Shown: positions 41,784 to 52,405 of the stretch, one piece after another | Layout of the letters: each line of letters begins with the position of its first letter | Numbering within the stretch: position 1 is the stretch's first letter | Origin: an uncultured Trueperaceae bacterium | Lineage (GTDB): Bacteria; Deinococcota; Deinococci; Deinococcales; Trueperaceae | NCBI GenBank assembly: GCA_963799485.1 | Contig: CAWCXJ010000007.1 | Location: forward strand, 352,001-416,000 | Direction: 5' to 3' | DNA length: 64,000 bases | Made by a program: the position numbers and the translations under genes | Notes under the pieces: model-generated | Seen by the model: only the letters and a program-made list of their open reading frames with translations | What the model was told of the DNA's origin: nothing | The model's database searches: none

Positions 41784-43591
41784 CCACGCACACCCAAAAA
41801 ACCGGAACTCAAGATAACGGGGCCAACTGGACGACCATGCACTACATGCGCCGCCTCGTCTCGTACCGCCCCGGCTTGTTCGCGCTCAACCTGGGCATGT
41901 GGGGCGCAGTTCACCTCTTGCCGGTGCTGTTTCCTATCCTGATTGCCCAGCTGCTCGACGGCTTAGAAGGCAAAGCTGCGTTCGGCTGGAGCCCCTGGAC
42001 GTTTCTCATTTTGCTGACGGTCCTGAACGTCGGTCGCATCGGCTTGTTTGTTCCGAGCATCTACTTCTGGACGACGCTCTGGCTCGAGCTGGGACTGCTT
42101 TTACGGCGTAACTTGATCGACTATATCGTCCGCGCCCCCGGTTCGCGCGTCTTGCCGGGTTCACCGTCCGAAGCGGTCAGCCGCTTTCGCGACGACGTAG
42201 AAGAGGTAACGCTGCTCGTCGAGAGCTGGCTGGATTCAGGCGGGTTGGTACTCTCGGCGCTCGTTTCACTCGTCGTCATGTACCGGGTCAGTCCGGTCAT
42301 TACCCTCGCAGTCGCCGCGCCCCTCCTGTTGATGCTCGTTCTGACGCGACTCTTTACCGAACGTATCCGCCGCTACCGCCGCCGCAGCCGCGAGGCGACG
42401 GGGCGCGTCACGAGTTTTATCGGTGAGACGTTTGCGGCGGTGCAGGCCGTCAAGCTTGCCGGGCGTGAAGGACCCGTGACCGAACACTTTCGCGGGCTCA
42501 ACCGGACGCGTCGGCAAGCGGCTCTCAAAGACACACTGCTGACCGAGTTTTTACGCGGCGCTAATGCCAATATGACGAATATCGGCACCGGTATCGTGCT
42601 GCTTTTATCCGCCAGGGCGATGTTAAACGAGAGTTTCTCCATCGGCGAGTTTGCGCTGTTTGCGTTTTATCTGCCGCGTCTGACGAGCATCATGGCGTTT
42701 ATCGGCGACACTATCGCGCAGCATAAACGCGCCGGGGTGTCGTTCGAGCGGATGGCGCGGCTGCTCTACGACGCGCCGCCCGAAAAGCTGGTGCAGCACG
42801 CGCCGCTGCATTTGCGGGGTGAAATGCCCGAAGTCGTTGCGCCGCCGCTCACGGCGGGGGAGAGGTTGGAGAGGCTCGAGCTGCAAAACCTCACCTATCA
42901 CTACCCCGGCACCCAAAACGGCATCTCTGACGTGAGTTTCGGTCTGAAGCGCAGCTCGTTTACGGTTGTCACCGGGCGTATCGGCAGCGGTAAGACGACG
43001 CTGCTCCGCACGCTCTTGGGCCTTGTGCCGAAAGACTCCGGCGAGATTTTGTGGAACGGCGTCGCCGTAAAAGACCCGGCCTCGTGGTTTGTCCCGCCGC
43101 GCAGCGCCTACACCGCACAGGTGCCGCGCCTCTTTTCGGACTCTTTGCGGAAAAACATCCTGATGGGCCGCACCGGAGAAGATAGAGCACTGGATGATGT
43201 GGTGGATTTAGCCGTGATGACGCCTGATGTGCGGGGGCTCGAGCTTGGTCTCGACACCCTCGTCGGCACGCGCGGCGTCAAACTTTCGGGCGGTCAGGTG
43301 CAGCGTTCATCTGCAGCCCGGATGTTTTTACGGGGGGCCGACCTGCTGATTTTCGACGACCTCTCTTCAGCCCTCGATGTGGAGACCGAAGCGCATCTGT
43401 GGCGTCAACTTTTCGCCAAACAGCAGGTGACGTGCCTCGTCGTCTCGCACCGCCGCGCCGCGCTGAGACGTGCTGACCACATCGTCGTGTTGAAAGATGG
43501 GCAAGTTGAAGCTGAAGGAACGCTGGATGAGCTTTTGGAGACCTCAAAAGAGATGCGTCGGCTCTGGTCGGAAGAAAACAGCAATGAGTAA
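41780..43591 (+). CDS. ABC exporter, TMD-NBD subunit 2 (degenerate Walker B, FDD)
   Basis: [25 protein letters not shown]; the asymmetric pair suggests a heterodimer. Confidence 0.95.
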   Translation: MTTHTQKTGTQDNGANWTTMHYMRRLVSYRPGLFALNLGMWGAVHLLPVLFPILIAQLLDGLEGKAAFGWSPWTFLILLTVLNVGRIGLFVPSIYFWTTLWLELGLLLRRNLIDYIVRAPGSRVLPGSPSEAVSRFRDDVEEVTLLVESWLDSGGLVLSALVSLVVMYRVSPVITLAVAAPLLLMLVLTRLFTERIRRYRRRSREATGRVTSFIGETFAAVQAVKLAGREGPVTEHFRGLNRTRRQAALKDTLLTEFLRGANANMTNIGTGIVLLLSARAMLNESFSIGEFALFAFYLPRLTSIMAFIGDTIAQHKRAGVSFERMARLLYDAPPEKLVQHAPLHLRGEMPEVVAPPLTAGERLERLELQNLTYHYPGTQNGISDVSFGLKRSSFTVVTGRIGSGKTTLLRTLLGLVPKDSGEILWNGVAVKDPASWFVPPRSAYTAQVPRLFSDSLRKNILMGRTGEDRALDDVVDLAVMTPDVRGLELGLDTLVGTRGVKLSGGQVQRSSAARMFLRGADLLIFDDLSSALDVETEAHLWRQLFAKQQVTCLVVSHRRAALRRADHIVVLKDGQVEAEGTLDELLETSKEMRRLWSEENSNE

Positions 43592-43640
43592 AAAGCAACG
43601 AGCAATGAGATGTCAACTTCTCATTGCTCGTTATTAACCA
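43581..43640. repeat. Heptamer-built palindromic repeat, copy 2
   Basis: GCAATGA-GTAAAAA-GCAACGA-GCAATGA; 14-bp stem 43597-43610/43619-43632. Confidence 0.8.
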
Positions 43641-43713
43641 CTCTTGACTACTCTTGCGGCGTCGGGTAATTCGCCGTCGGCACCGGATTGTGAGGCGTGA
43701 GCAGATTCAAGTG

Positions 43714-43932
43714 TCATTGTAGTTCAGGCACAAACTCAGCTTCATAGCGTTCAATGAGAACACCCAAAACGTCCATCAACGACGCTAGAGGATGCGCTTC
43801 ATCTTCGCCGACCTCATCGATGAGCTTGTCAAGCCACGCTACAAGCTGCTCGTACTGCGCTTCGTTACGAGGAACGACGAGGTTGTCAGCCAACGGTTGC
43901 CACACTTTTTCTGTTTCAGGAACGCTTAACAT
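43714..43932 (-). CDS. HigA-antitoxin N-terminal-domain-like protein lacking the HTH
   Basis: PRNEAQYE...LDKLIDEVGEDEAHPLASLMDVLGVLIERYE; SD GGAAGG before ATG. Confidence 0.7.
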   Translation of the reverse strand: MLSVPETEKVWQPLADNLVVPRNEAQYEQLVAWLDKLIDEVGEDEAHPLASLMDVLGVLIERYEAEFVPELQ

Positions 43933-43969
43933 AAGTGTTACACCTTCCAAGTTCTTTCATAGTGCCCTG

Positions 43970-44830
43970 TTATGTGCGCCGCAGTATACCGGCCTGCCCT
44001 TTGTACTCAAAAATAGCTGTGGAACGGCTGAAGTAAGGCGCGATTGATTTATCCAGCCAATCATCAATGTCACTTAGGGAGTCGCCGTTTTCGACAGCAA
44101 CAGAGACGTTAGACTGGGTGGTGAGATAGTTCCGCAGCGCCAAAGCAGACATTTCTTGCGGTATGGAAAGCGGGATACCTTTCTCGAGCAGTAAGCCGTA
44201 GTCGTCTTCTCCAAGAACTTCCCGCAAAGGTTTACTGTTTCGTTTGGGCGTCGCAAACTTGGTGATATAGGTGTTTTGATGCCAATCGTGATAACGCTCG
44301 TTGCCTTCCATGTTGCCTGGAAAGAACATATTGTAAACAACCAGCACACCGTCTTTATCCAAAACCCGAGCTGCTTCACTCAAAAAGGCAGGTTGGTCGA
44401 GCCAGTGAAAGGCAAAGCCAACCGTCAACACATTTACCGAGGCATCTTCAAAAGGGAGAATCCCGTCTTTAATTTGTCTGAACTCGGTGCTGGGATAAGC
44501 TTGTTTTGCCTGCTCGAGCATTTCTGCTGAGATGTCGCAACCGATAACCCTGTCAGCGTAGTTTAGCAGCGGTTCAGTAGAATGACCCGTACCGCAAGCA
44601 AAATCGACTGCTGTTTCAAAATTTTCTGACCATCCAAGCTCTTTGGCAATCGTAGCTATGATTTCAGCTTGAACGCGAGGTCTATATTTGGCGTAACGTT
44701 TGGCAATTTTTTCTTGCTCAAAGTGACGAATAACTACCCCCTCGTTTGCAGTACACAATCTATGGTCATCTTGCAATCTATTGAAGCTCGGTAAAATCTC
44801 GCAAAGTGCGGACTCGTTGGTTGTTATCAA
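43970..44830 (-). CDS. Class I SAM-dependent methyltransferase (AT-richer than flanks)
   Basis: RYAKYRP, VDFACGTG, GCDIS..ML, AFHWLD, EAARVL; start uncertain. Confidence 0.88.
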   Translation of the reverse strand: MITTNESALCEILPSFNRLQDDHRLCTANEGVVIRHFEQEKIAKRYAKYRPRVQAEIIATIAKELGWSENFETAVDFACGTGHSTEPLLNYADRVIGCDISAEMLEQAKQAYPSTEFRQIKDGILPFEDASVNVLTVGFAFHWLDQPAFLSEAARVLDKDGVLVVYNMFFPGNMEGNERYHDWHQNTYITKFATPKRNSKPLREVLGEDDYGLLLEKGIPLSIPQEMSALALRNYLTTQSNVSVAVENGDSLSDIDDWLDKSIAPYFSRSTAIFEYKGQAGILRRT

Positions 44831-44846
44831 CCTCGAGCCTCCACTT

Positions 44847-46091
44847 TTACGGCATCGGATAGTCTGCCGTCAGCGCCTTGACCTCTTCCCGAATCACCGC
44901 CGGGTCTTCGCCCTTCAGCGTCCGGTCAATTAGGTCAGCAACCTGCACCATCGTCTCCGGTGTAAACCCTCGAGTGGTCAACGCAGGCGTCCCGATACGA
45001 ATTCCTGAGGTCACAAACGGCGAACGGGTATCGAACGGCACGGTGTTTTTGTTGACCGTAATCCCTGCCTTATCTAGCAGGTTTTGCGCCTTTTTCCCGC
45101 TGATGTCCTGCGCGGTCAAATCCACCAGGAAATTGTGATTGTCGGTGCCGCCGGAGACGATGCGGTAGCCCCTATCCGAAAGCGCCCCCGCCAGCGCCTG
45201 CGCGTTCTTGACAATTTGCTCGGCGTAAACCTTGAACTCGGGTTGCAACGCCTCGAAAAACGCAATAGCTTTACCGGCGACGACGTGCTCCAAAGGCCCG
45301 CCTTGCGTCCCCGGAAAGATCATCTTGTCGATGCGTTTGCCGAGGTCTTCATCGTTGGATAAAATCACTGCGCTACGCGGCCCCCGTAAACTCTTGTGCG
45401 TCGTAGTCATCACCACATGCGCGTGTGGGAAAGGACTCGGATGAACGCCGCCTGCCACCAAACCGGAAATGTGCGAAATGTCGGCGAGGAGCGTCGCACC
45501 TACCGCGTCGGCAATTTCACGAAACTTGGCAAAGTCAATCGTGCGGCTGTAGGCGGTTGCGCCGCAGATGATGAGTTTGGGGCGGTGCTCTTGGGCTAAC
45601 GTAAGCGCCCCTTCATAATCAATTAGCTCGGTTTCCTTGTCTACCTTGTACGACACGACGTTGTATAAGATGCCTGAGAGGTTGACCGGGCTGCCGTGTG
45701 TGAGGTGTCCGCCGTGCGAGAGGTCGAGGCCCATCAGCGTGTCACCGGGCTCCAAGAGCGTGCTGTAAATCACATGATTCGCCGTCGAACCCGAATGCGG
45801 CTGCACATTCGCCCAAGCACAGCCGAACAGCGCTTTGGCCCGGTCGATGGCTAACAGCTCGACCTGGTCAACGACTTCGCAGCCGCCGTAGTAGCGTTTG
45901 CCGGGGTAGCCTTCGGCGTATTTGTTCGTCAGGACGCTGCCGACGGCTTCCATCACCGCCCGCGAGGTAAAGTTCTCCGAAGCGATAAGCTCTAAACCGT
46001 CACGCTGACGCTCGAACTCTTCGTCTATGAGCGCAAAAATCTTGTCGTCACGCTTACTGGTATTCATTTTGCGGGAGGCTGTGGTTGTCAT
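44847..46091 (-). CDS. glyA: Serine hydroxymethyltransferase
   Basis: [43 protein letters not shown]. Confidence 0.98.
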   Translation of the reverse strand: MTTTASRKMNTSKRDDKIFALIDEEFERQRDGLELIASENFTSRAVMEAVGSVLTNKYAEGYPGKRYYGGCEVVDQVELLAIDRAKALFGCAWANVQPHSGSTANHVIYSTLLEPGDTLMGLDLSHGGHLTHGSPVNLSGILYNVVSYKVDKETELIDYEGALTLAQEHRPKLIICGATAYSRTIDFAKFREIADAVGATLLADISHISGLVAGGVHPSPFPHAHVVMTTTHKSLRGPRSAVILSNDEDLGKRIDKMIFPGTQGGPLEHVVAGKAIAFFEALQPEFKVYAEQIVKNAQALAGALSDRGYRIVSGGTDNHNFLVDLTAQDISGKKAQNLLDKAGITVNKNTVPFDTRSPFVTSGIRIGTPALTTRGFTPETMVQVADLIDRTLKGEDPAVIREEVKALTADYPMP

Positions 46092-46225
46092 GCGCCGAGT
46101 ATAGCAAGCTTTACGGCAGGTATTATCTGGTCGGAAACGCTATGAGTGCAAGGTTTACCGGCTGACACTCACGTTCTAAGATGATGCCTGTGTCAATTCC
46201 CGGCAGACCAGTTGTCAGCAACTCT

Positions 46226-46723
46226 TTAATCTCCCCAGGCGACCCGCCGTAAACCGTCAGCGCCGTAGTGCGCGACGCCCAGGTTTACGGCGCTGCTTTC
46301 GGCCTCTATATCCTCAACGAGTTTAGGGAGTACGTGCGCCGTCGTCTCGATGATGCCCAGCGCCGTAAAATCTTCGGGCCTTGTCCAGTGCAGCGTGCCT
46401 TCAGTGCAGTCCGGCAGCGCGTAGCGTTTGAGTTGCGCCGTAAAGTAAAACAGCACCGTAAGCGGTTCGCCGGGGCGGTTGTGAGCGAGCATTCGCCGTA
46501 AAACGAGGTGCGTTAGGTCGGCTTCTGTTAAGCCCGTCTCTTCAGCGAGTTCGCGCAATACCGAGCCGTACAGGTCGCCCAGTTCATCCGGTTCGACGCG
46601 CCCGCCTAAACCCGTGTAGCGGTTGGGTAAGAGGCGTTTTTGGGCGGAACGTTTGAGCAGGAGCCATCTGCCTTCAAAGATCAAAAAGAGCGTGGTGTAG
46701 TGAGTGACGGCGTTACTCGGCAT
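46226..46723 (-). CDS. NUDIX hydrolase
   Basis: GGRVEPDE.....RELAEETGL. Confidence 0.88.
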   Translation of the reverse strand: MPSNAVTHYTTLFLIFEGRWLLLKRSAQKRLLPNRYTGLGGRVEPDELGDLYGSVLRELAEETGLTEADLTHLVLRRMLAHNRPGEPLTVLFYFTAQLKRYALPDCTEGTLHWTRPEDFTALGIIETTAHVLPKLVEDIEAESSAVNLGVAHYGADGLRRVAWGD

Positions 46724-47237
46724 GGTTCAAGATGTTCTGGATGAAGGCGTATTTGCCGTCTGTGTAGGCTTCACGGTCTTTGGGAAACTGTTTGGCAAGC
46801 TGCGTCTTAAGTTTCTGGTATTGCCCCAACGCTTCCGGATGGGCGCACAGGTAATCCCTAAAAAAGAGCAGCTTGCGCCATTCGGTGTTGGTGCGCTCGA
46901 GCATATGCAGATGATGTGTTCGGTTTTCGGGTGAACCTTTGACGAAGTAGTGTCTGCGCGGAATACCCTGCTCGCCGCGAAAGGTGTAGCCGAGCGCCTC
47001 TAAGGGTTCAACGAACGCAAACGCCGCGTCGAAATCTTCCACGCCGACGCCGATGTCTAAAATCGGTTTGGCCCCGAGGCCGGGAATAGCGGTGCTGCCG
47101 ATGTGCTGAACGTCTACTTCGTCGCCCAAGATAGACTTCAACCGTAAACGTTCCATTTCAAATAGTTTGGCCCACCGCGTATCGTGCGGCTTTAGCGCGA
47201 CGGTGTAACGCTCGAGGCCGAGGGGTTCTTGAGGCAC
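46713..47237 (-). CDS. GrpB/UPF0157 family protein
   Basis: HIGSTAIPGL.AKPILDI, HHLH, FRDYL, Y..LK, YTDGK. Confidence 0.92.
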   Translation of the reverse strand: MPQEPLGLERYTVALKPHDTRWAKLFEMERLRLKSILGDEVDVQHIGSTAIPGLGAKPILDIGVGVEDFDAAFAFVEPLEALGYTFRGEQGIPRRHYFVKGSPENRTHHLHMLERTNTEWRKLLFFRDYLCAHPEALGQYQKLKTQLAKQFPKDREAYTDGKYAFIQNILNHAE

Positions 47238-47270
47238 GGTTTATCGTAACGTATGGATGAAGACACGGTA

Positions 47271-47299
47271 AAAAGGGCTCGAGGTTGGCCTCGAGCCCC
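47271..47299 (-). terminator. Terminator downstream of the capD-like gene
   Basis: GGGCTCGAGG/CCTCGAGCCC stem with A-tract on the left (U-tract on minus strand). Confidence 0.7.
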
Positions 47300-47317
47300 C
47301 TGCCAATCTGCTAAACC

Positions 47318-49201
47318 TTACGCCGCAATATCGTCGATCAAAGACCCGCTGATGTACGCCTTGAGCTGCCGCCGAATGGTGCCGTGATCAGAACGTAACG
47401 CTGCTTCTTGCAGGTTTTGCACGGTGCGGTCTAAAGCCTCGAGTTCCAAAGGCGAAGGCTTGGCGACAAAAATCTTTTCGTGCGCTGTCGAGCCGCCCTT
47501 CTCCTCGTTCGTCATCAGCTCTTCGTAAAGTTTTTCGCCGGGGCGAATGCCGGAAAAGGCAACCTGAATATCGACGTCGGGTTCAAAGCCGGAGAGCTTG
47601 ATGAGGTCTTTGGCTAAATCCATAATTCTGACCGGCTCGCCCATGTCGAGGATATAGATTTCACCGTTGCGGCCCTGCCCGGCGGCCTGCATCACGAGCT
47701 GCGAGGCTTCGGGGATGGTCATAAAGTAGCGCGTCATATCGGGGTGCGTGACCGTCACCGGCCCGCCCGCCAAAATCTGCTGCTTGAATACCGGGATGAC
47801 GCTCCCCCGGCTGCCCAAAACGTTCCCGAAGCGTACCGAGACGAACTTCTGCTCGGGCCGGGCCCGGAGCGCCGCGCTCTGCACGACCTGTTCGACCATC
47901 CGTTTCGACGCGCCCATCACCGAGGTCGGGTTTACGGCCTTGTCGGTCGAGATATTGACGAAGTGCGAAATCCCGTATTTAAGTGAGAGCGTCACCAGGT
48001 TGCGCGAGCCGATGATGTTATTGAAGACCGCCTCTTCAGGGTTGAGTTCCATGAGCGGTACGTGTTTGTGCGCCGCTGCGTGAAAGACGACTTGCGGCCC
48101 ATAACGGCTAAACACGTAGTCGAGCCGGACGATATTTTGCACGTTGGCGATCACGCTGTGATAGGGAATATCGGGCCAGTCGCGGTCGAGTTCACGCTCC
48201 AAGGTATAGATACTGTTTTCGCCGCGCCCGAACAAAATCAGCTCCTTGGGCCGAAAACGGCAGATTTGGCGTACCAGCTCGGAGCCTATCGAGCCGCCCG
48301 CACCTGTCACCATCACCACCTTGTCGGTGATGTAGTTGGAGATCGCCGCCGTATCGAGTTCTACCGGAGGGCGGCGCAAAAGGTCTTCGATCTGCACCTC
48401 GCGGATACGGTTGATGCCGACCTGACCGCTAAGGAGTTCGTAAACACCGGGCATGATGCGGTACTTGAGACCTGCCTTGGCCCCTTCGATGCGGCCCACG
48501 ATTTCGCGGACGACGCGACCGTCTGAAGAAGGCAAGGCGATTAAAACTTCGTCGACCTTGTGGCGTTGTACGAGTTTGTTGATATCGGCGGTGGTGCCGA
48601 GTACCGGAACGGTGGCGATGCGGTAGCCGACCTTTTTGGCGTCGTCGTCTAAAAAACCGACGGGCCGGAGGCCCATCTCGGGGTGCCGGAGCATCTCGCG
48701 GACGATCAGGGTTCCGGCCTCGCCTGCACCGACGATCAGGACAGCTTTACGGCGGCTCCCACCTTCAGGCTGACCCAAACGGGCTTCGTGACGCAAGCGG
48801 GCAGCAGCGCGCGTACCCGCCATGATAAACAGCGTCAGGAGACCGTCTAGAAGAGCAATGGAGCGCGGAATTCCGGTTGCGGGGCCGAACCAGAGCAGCA
48901 GCACGCTGCCGAGTAGCGCGACGCTAGCAACCGCCCGCACGAGGTTGCCCACATCGCGGAAAGCCAACCGCGACCAGCTGCGGCGGTAGAGGCCGAAAAG
49001 ATACGTCGCGCCCGACTTGAGGGCAAACAACCCGAGCGTTGCAATGACAAGCGCGCTCCACAAGCCGCCCGGAAAGTTCCAGTCGTAGCGAATCAAAAAC
49101 GCCAGCGGCGTCGCTAGCAGCCAGCCGAGGGCGTCGATAAGGACTTTGTTACGCCCGAACTGACTTGGTTCTCCCCAAAGGGTTTGCTTTTCACGCTCCA
49201 C
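47318..49201 (-). CDS. Nucleoside-diphosphate sugar dehydratase, CapD/PglF/WbpM family
   Basis: N-terminal TMs; GAGEAG, TGAGGSIGSEL, HAAAHKHVP, STDKAV, RFGNVLGS, RPGEKLYEEL. Confidence 0.95.
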   Translation of the reverse strand: MEREKQTLWGEPSQFGRNKVLIDALGWLLATPLAFLIRYDWNFPGGLWSALVIATLGLFALKSGATYLFGLYRRSWSRLAFRDVGNLVRAVASVALLGSVLLLWFGPATGIPRSIALLDGLLTLFIMAGTRAAARLRHEARLGQPEGGSRRKAVLIVGAGEAGTLIVREMLRHPEMGLRPVGFLDDDAKKVGYRIATVPVLGTTADINKLVQRHKVDEVLIALPSSDGRVVREIVGRIEGAKAGLKYRIMPGVYELLSGQVGINRIREVQIEDLLRRPPVELDTAAISNYITDKVVMVTGAGGSIGSELVRQICRFRPKELILFGRGENSIYTLERELDRDWPDIPYHSVIANVQNIVRLDYVFSRYGPQVVFHAAAHKHVPLMELNPEEAVFNNIIGSRNLVTLSLKYGISHFVNISTDKAVNPTSVMGASKRMVEQVVQSAALRARPEQKFVSVRFGNVLGSRGSVIPVFKQQILAGGPVTVTHPDMTRYFMTIPEASQLVMQAAGQGRNGEIYILDMGEPVRIMDLAKDLIKLSGFEPDVDIQVAFSGIRPGEKLYEELMTNEEKGGSTAHEKIFVAKPSPLELEALDRTVQNLQEAALRSDHGTIRRQLKAYISGSLIDDIAA

Positions 49202-49468
49202 AGTTCCTCCCCACCGCCGGGTTTATTCGGCTTGGGACAGCACCACTGTAACGTATTTGGTCACAACCTACACCACATATGCAACGTATCCGGTGGGGGG
49301 GTGTCGGCAGCGGTTGAGCTGTAAAGCGAGTTGTCGCACGTATAGGTTGCTCGAGTCGCACCATAAAACCCTTCGTAGACAGCTAGGCTACTTGCGTAGC
49401 GTTCTTAAAGTGTAGCGGCTGTGACGAGCAGATGCTGTGACGCCTGACGCTATAGGCGGGCACGTAAG

Positions 49469-50548
49469 GTGCGGCGTTCGGGGTGTGGTAAAACGGACGT
49501 TGATGCGTGGTTGCCGGGAGGGCTTATCAACCTGCTGCTGACGAGCGCCGGCAGGCGCAACGACCTGGTGGCGTACTTTTACGAGGCGCTACGCGGGCGC
49601 GGGCGTGTTTTTGCCGCCGACGCGAAGCTAAACGCACCCGCACTGCAAGAGGCGGACGACGCGCTGGTCGTGCCTCCGGTAGGCGATCACCATTACTTAG
49701 ACGCGTTGCTCGAGTTCTGTGGACAAACGCGTATCGATCTGCTCATCCCGCTCAGCGTCTTCGAGCTGCCCTATCTGGCAGCCGCTAGAGACCGCTTTGC
49801 TGCGGTGGGTACGAAGGTCGTTGTATCGACGCCCGGCGTCGTTGCGCGTTGTTTCGACAAATGGCAGACCTATGGATTTCTGCAGTCTCAGGGGCTCCCG
49901 ACGCCTAAAACCTACCTGACACCGAGTGCTGCGTCAGTCGCGCTCGAGGCGGGCGACCTAAGTTTTCCGCTCGTACTTAAACCGCGTTGGGGAGCGGAGT
50001 CGGCAGGGCTTACGTTTCTTCAAGATGAAGACGAGTTGGAGTTGGGTTACGACCTGCTGCAGCGCCGCCTCGCGCGCACCTCGTTAGCCGGAAACCCGGC
50101 TGAACCCTACGACAACGACCAAACGATCCTTATCCAAGAGTTTATTGTCGGTGAAGAGTACAGTCTGGATATCGTCAACGACCTCTCGGGCCGTTACGTT
50201 ACGACTTTTGCCAAACAAAAGCTGGGGTTGCGGGCCGGTGAAACGGACAGTGCCGTTACGGTTTTAGACGAACACCTGGGACATCTGGGCAGGACGTTGG
50301 GCCGGGCGCTGGGGCACATCGGCCCCTTAGAAGGCGACGTATTTTCAAGTGCTGCCGGCATATACGTGCTGGAACTCAACGCCTGTCTGGGGGCTGACTA
50401 CCCCTTCGCGCACGTTGCCGGGGCGGATTTGCCCACAGCTCTGGTCGCGTGGGCGAGCGGCGAAATCCCCGACCCGAGGTGGCTCCGCGCCGAGGCCGGG
50501 GTACGGTCGGCGCGCTCTAGCCGCCTGCTCCTACTTCCGCCGATGTAG
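49469..50548 (+). CDS. ATP-grasp protein (polysaccharide-locus type), possibly degenerate; start uncertain
   Basis: NLLLTSAGRR, DKWQT, LKPRWG, QEFIVGEEY, RAGET, ELN. Confidence 0.8.
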   Translation: MRRSGCGKTDVDAWLPGGLINLLLTSAGRRNDLVAYFYEALRGRGRVFAADAKLNAPALQEADDALVVPPVGDHHYLDALLEFCGQTRIDLLIPLSVFELPYLAAARDRFAAVGTKVVVSTPGVVARCFDKWQTYGFLQSQGLPTPKTYLTPSAASVALEAGDLSFPLVLKPRWGAESAGLTFLQDEDELELGYDLLQRRLARTSLAGNPAEPYDNDQTILIQEFIVGEEYSLDIVNDLSGRYVTTFAKQKLGLRAGETDSAVTVLDEHLGHLGRTLGRALGHIGPLEGDVFSSAAGIYVLELNACLGADYPFAHVAGADLPTALVAWASGEIPDPRWLRAEAGVRSARSSRLLLLPPM

Positions 50549-50581
50549 TACGGGTTCCGCTGGCGGAACCCGTACTTTTTT
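50547..50581 (+). terminator. Intrinsic terminator
   Basis: AGTACGGGTTCCG/CGGAACCCGTACT perfect stem plus T-tract. Confidence 0.85.
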
Positions 50582-50628
50582 CAACTCGCGCCGCCCGGGG
50601 TACTACGGCAATTACCCGGAAGGTGTAG

Positions 50629-52236
50629 CTACTTCGAACGCTCGACCCCGCGCCCACCTCGAGCCGCAGCCGCGCGGAGCTGAGGCGGAGCGCTCGGCGC
50701 ACGCTCTTCGGGGCTGTCGACGTCGCGGGTATAACGGTAACTCGTGCGCGGGCTGCTGCGACCGACAAACGTCGCGGCGATGCCGAAGATACGCACGCCG
50801 CTTCGCTGCAAGCGTTCGGCGGTCTCTTCCAACCCCTGCGGATTGGTATTTTCCAGGCTGGCGACGAGTACGGTGCCGGTACACAGCGGCGCGATCGTCA
50901 GCGTATCGGCGACGTCTAGGAGCGGCGCGGAATCGATAACGATCACGTCGTAGTCTTTTTCCCAGCTCGCCAAGCAGTCGGGAAACCCGGCGCTTAAAAG
51001 TTCGGTCGGTGAAGGCGCAGCCCGAAAGGTCGGGAGGATATCGAGCGTCTGCGTCAAGTTGACCCCGACGTGCGCCGCCTCATACGGGCCGTGCGGGTTC
51101 TCGAGGTGTGTCCGCAGCGGCATATAGCGTTTGTCGTCCAAGTTGTATTCGCGGGCGATGACGGGCCGGCGCAGATCGGCGTCGACGAGGAGCGTCCGGT
51201 AGTTCGCGTGGGTAAAACTTTCAGCGAGGCTCAGGGCGACGCTCGATTTGCCTTCGCTATGACCGGGGCTCGTCACTAAAATCACCTTGGGGTGGACGTT
51301 CTGGGTGCTGAGTAGCAGGTTGGTCCTTAGATAGCTCGAGGCTTCACGGGGCAAGCGCCGCGTCTTCTTCGCCGATTTGGGAAACTCAGCCAAAATCGGC
51401 AGCCCAATCACCGTAGCAAGATCATCGACGTTTCTAAGTTTGGTATCGAGCAGGTTTCGCAAGAGCAAGATGCCGTAGGCGAACAACACGCCCAAAACTC
51501 CGGCAATCGCGGCGGCAAAAAGCGGTTTGGGCGCAACCGGATTGACAGGTACCGAAGCGGCTTGAATAAACTCGAGCCGACTCCGGGCCGTGCCGACCGC
51601 AGCTTCGATATTCTCGCGGTTGGTCTGCTGCGCTAAAAGCCGGTTTTGCAGGCGACCGATGTCACCTGGATTACCCCCGGCGGCCTCGAGCCGGGTGATC
51701 TCGGTTTGGGTGGCGGCGGTGGTGCGGTCGAGCTGAGCGATGAGGTCGCTGATAAAGTTTTCCGCGCGCTGCCGGTCCCAGTCGACAAGCGCTATCCCGA
51801 GCGCGTTCAGCGTTGCCGCGACACTTTCCGGGTCGGGGCCGCGCAGTTGAAGGGTGATCTGGCTGCTGTCGCGAAACGCAGCGTTCGAGTTCGGCAAGAC
51901 GTTAAAACGTCCGCGAACACTGCCGACCCGGGCGGGGGTGACCTCGAGCCCGAGCGCGGTCAGCGCCGCGCCGATCACGTCTTGACTCTTGGCGGCAGTC
52001 TCATAAGAGCTGGGGTTGATCGAGGGTGCGACGACGATAGGGACGTCAATGCCGTCTAAGCCGACGTCGCCTAAGTTGGCGAGCAAGATCGCGTCGGTTT
52101 CATAGATGGGCGTTCGTGAGCTGCTGACAAAGTAGGCGACGCCCGCACCAATTGCGGCGAGCAGCACCGCCAACAGGAGGCCACGGCGCAAAAACCGGAA
52201 AACGTCCCCTAAACTCACACTGAGGTCTTGTTGCAT
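50629..52236 (-). CDS. Wzc-like polysaccharide chain-length regulator/tyrosine kinase
   Basis: Two TMs with Wzz-type P.YE motif and PVNPVAPKP; TSPGHSEGKS, VDADLRRP, VIDSAP. Confidence 0.9.
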   Translation of the reverse strand: MQQDLSVSLGDVFRFLRRGLLLAVLLAAIGAGVAYFVSSSRTPIYETDAILLANLGDVGLDGIDVPIVVAPSINPSSYETAAKSQDVIGAALTALGLEVTPARVGSVRGRFNVLPNSNAAFRDSSQITLQLRGPDPESVAATLNALGIALVDWDRQRAENFISDLIAQLDRTTAATQTEITRLEAAGGNPGDIGRLQNRLLAQQTNRENIEAAVGTARSRLEFIQAASVPVNPVAPKPLFAAAIAGVLGVLFAYGILLLRNLLDTKLRNVDDLATVIGLPILAEFPKSAKKTRRLPREASSYLRTNLLLSTQNVHPKVILVTSPGHSEGKSSVALSLAESFTHANYRTLLVDADLRRPVIAREYNLDDKRYMPLRTHLENPHGPYEAAHVGVNLTQTLDILPTFRAAPSPTELLSAGFPDCLASWEKDYDVIVIDSAPLLDVADTLTIAPLCTGTVLVASLENTNPQGLEETAERLQRSGVRIFGIAATFVGRSSPRTSYRYTRDVDSPEERAPSAPPQLRAAAARGGRGVERSK

Positions 52237-52405
52237 AGCGTTCCTATCCGTTTCACCTAATCGTTAGGGTTTTTGTAACTCGCGCCGAACCGTAACGCCC
52301 GGCTTCAAGGCTACTGTAACAGATGGGGTTTGTTTCCCTCGGCGCACGGTTCCTCCACCGGCCACATCACACCTGCTACATTATTGCTACCTCTAACTTG
52401 TGCGT

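Noticed and set aside
46092..46225. ZTP or glycine riboswitch upstream of glyA
   Set aside because: No recognisable consensus, and TATACT 6 nt before the ATG indicates a leaderless mRNA.
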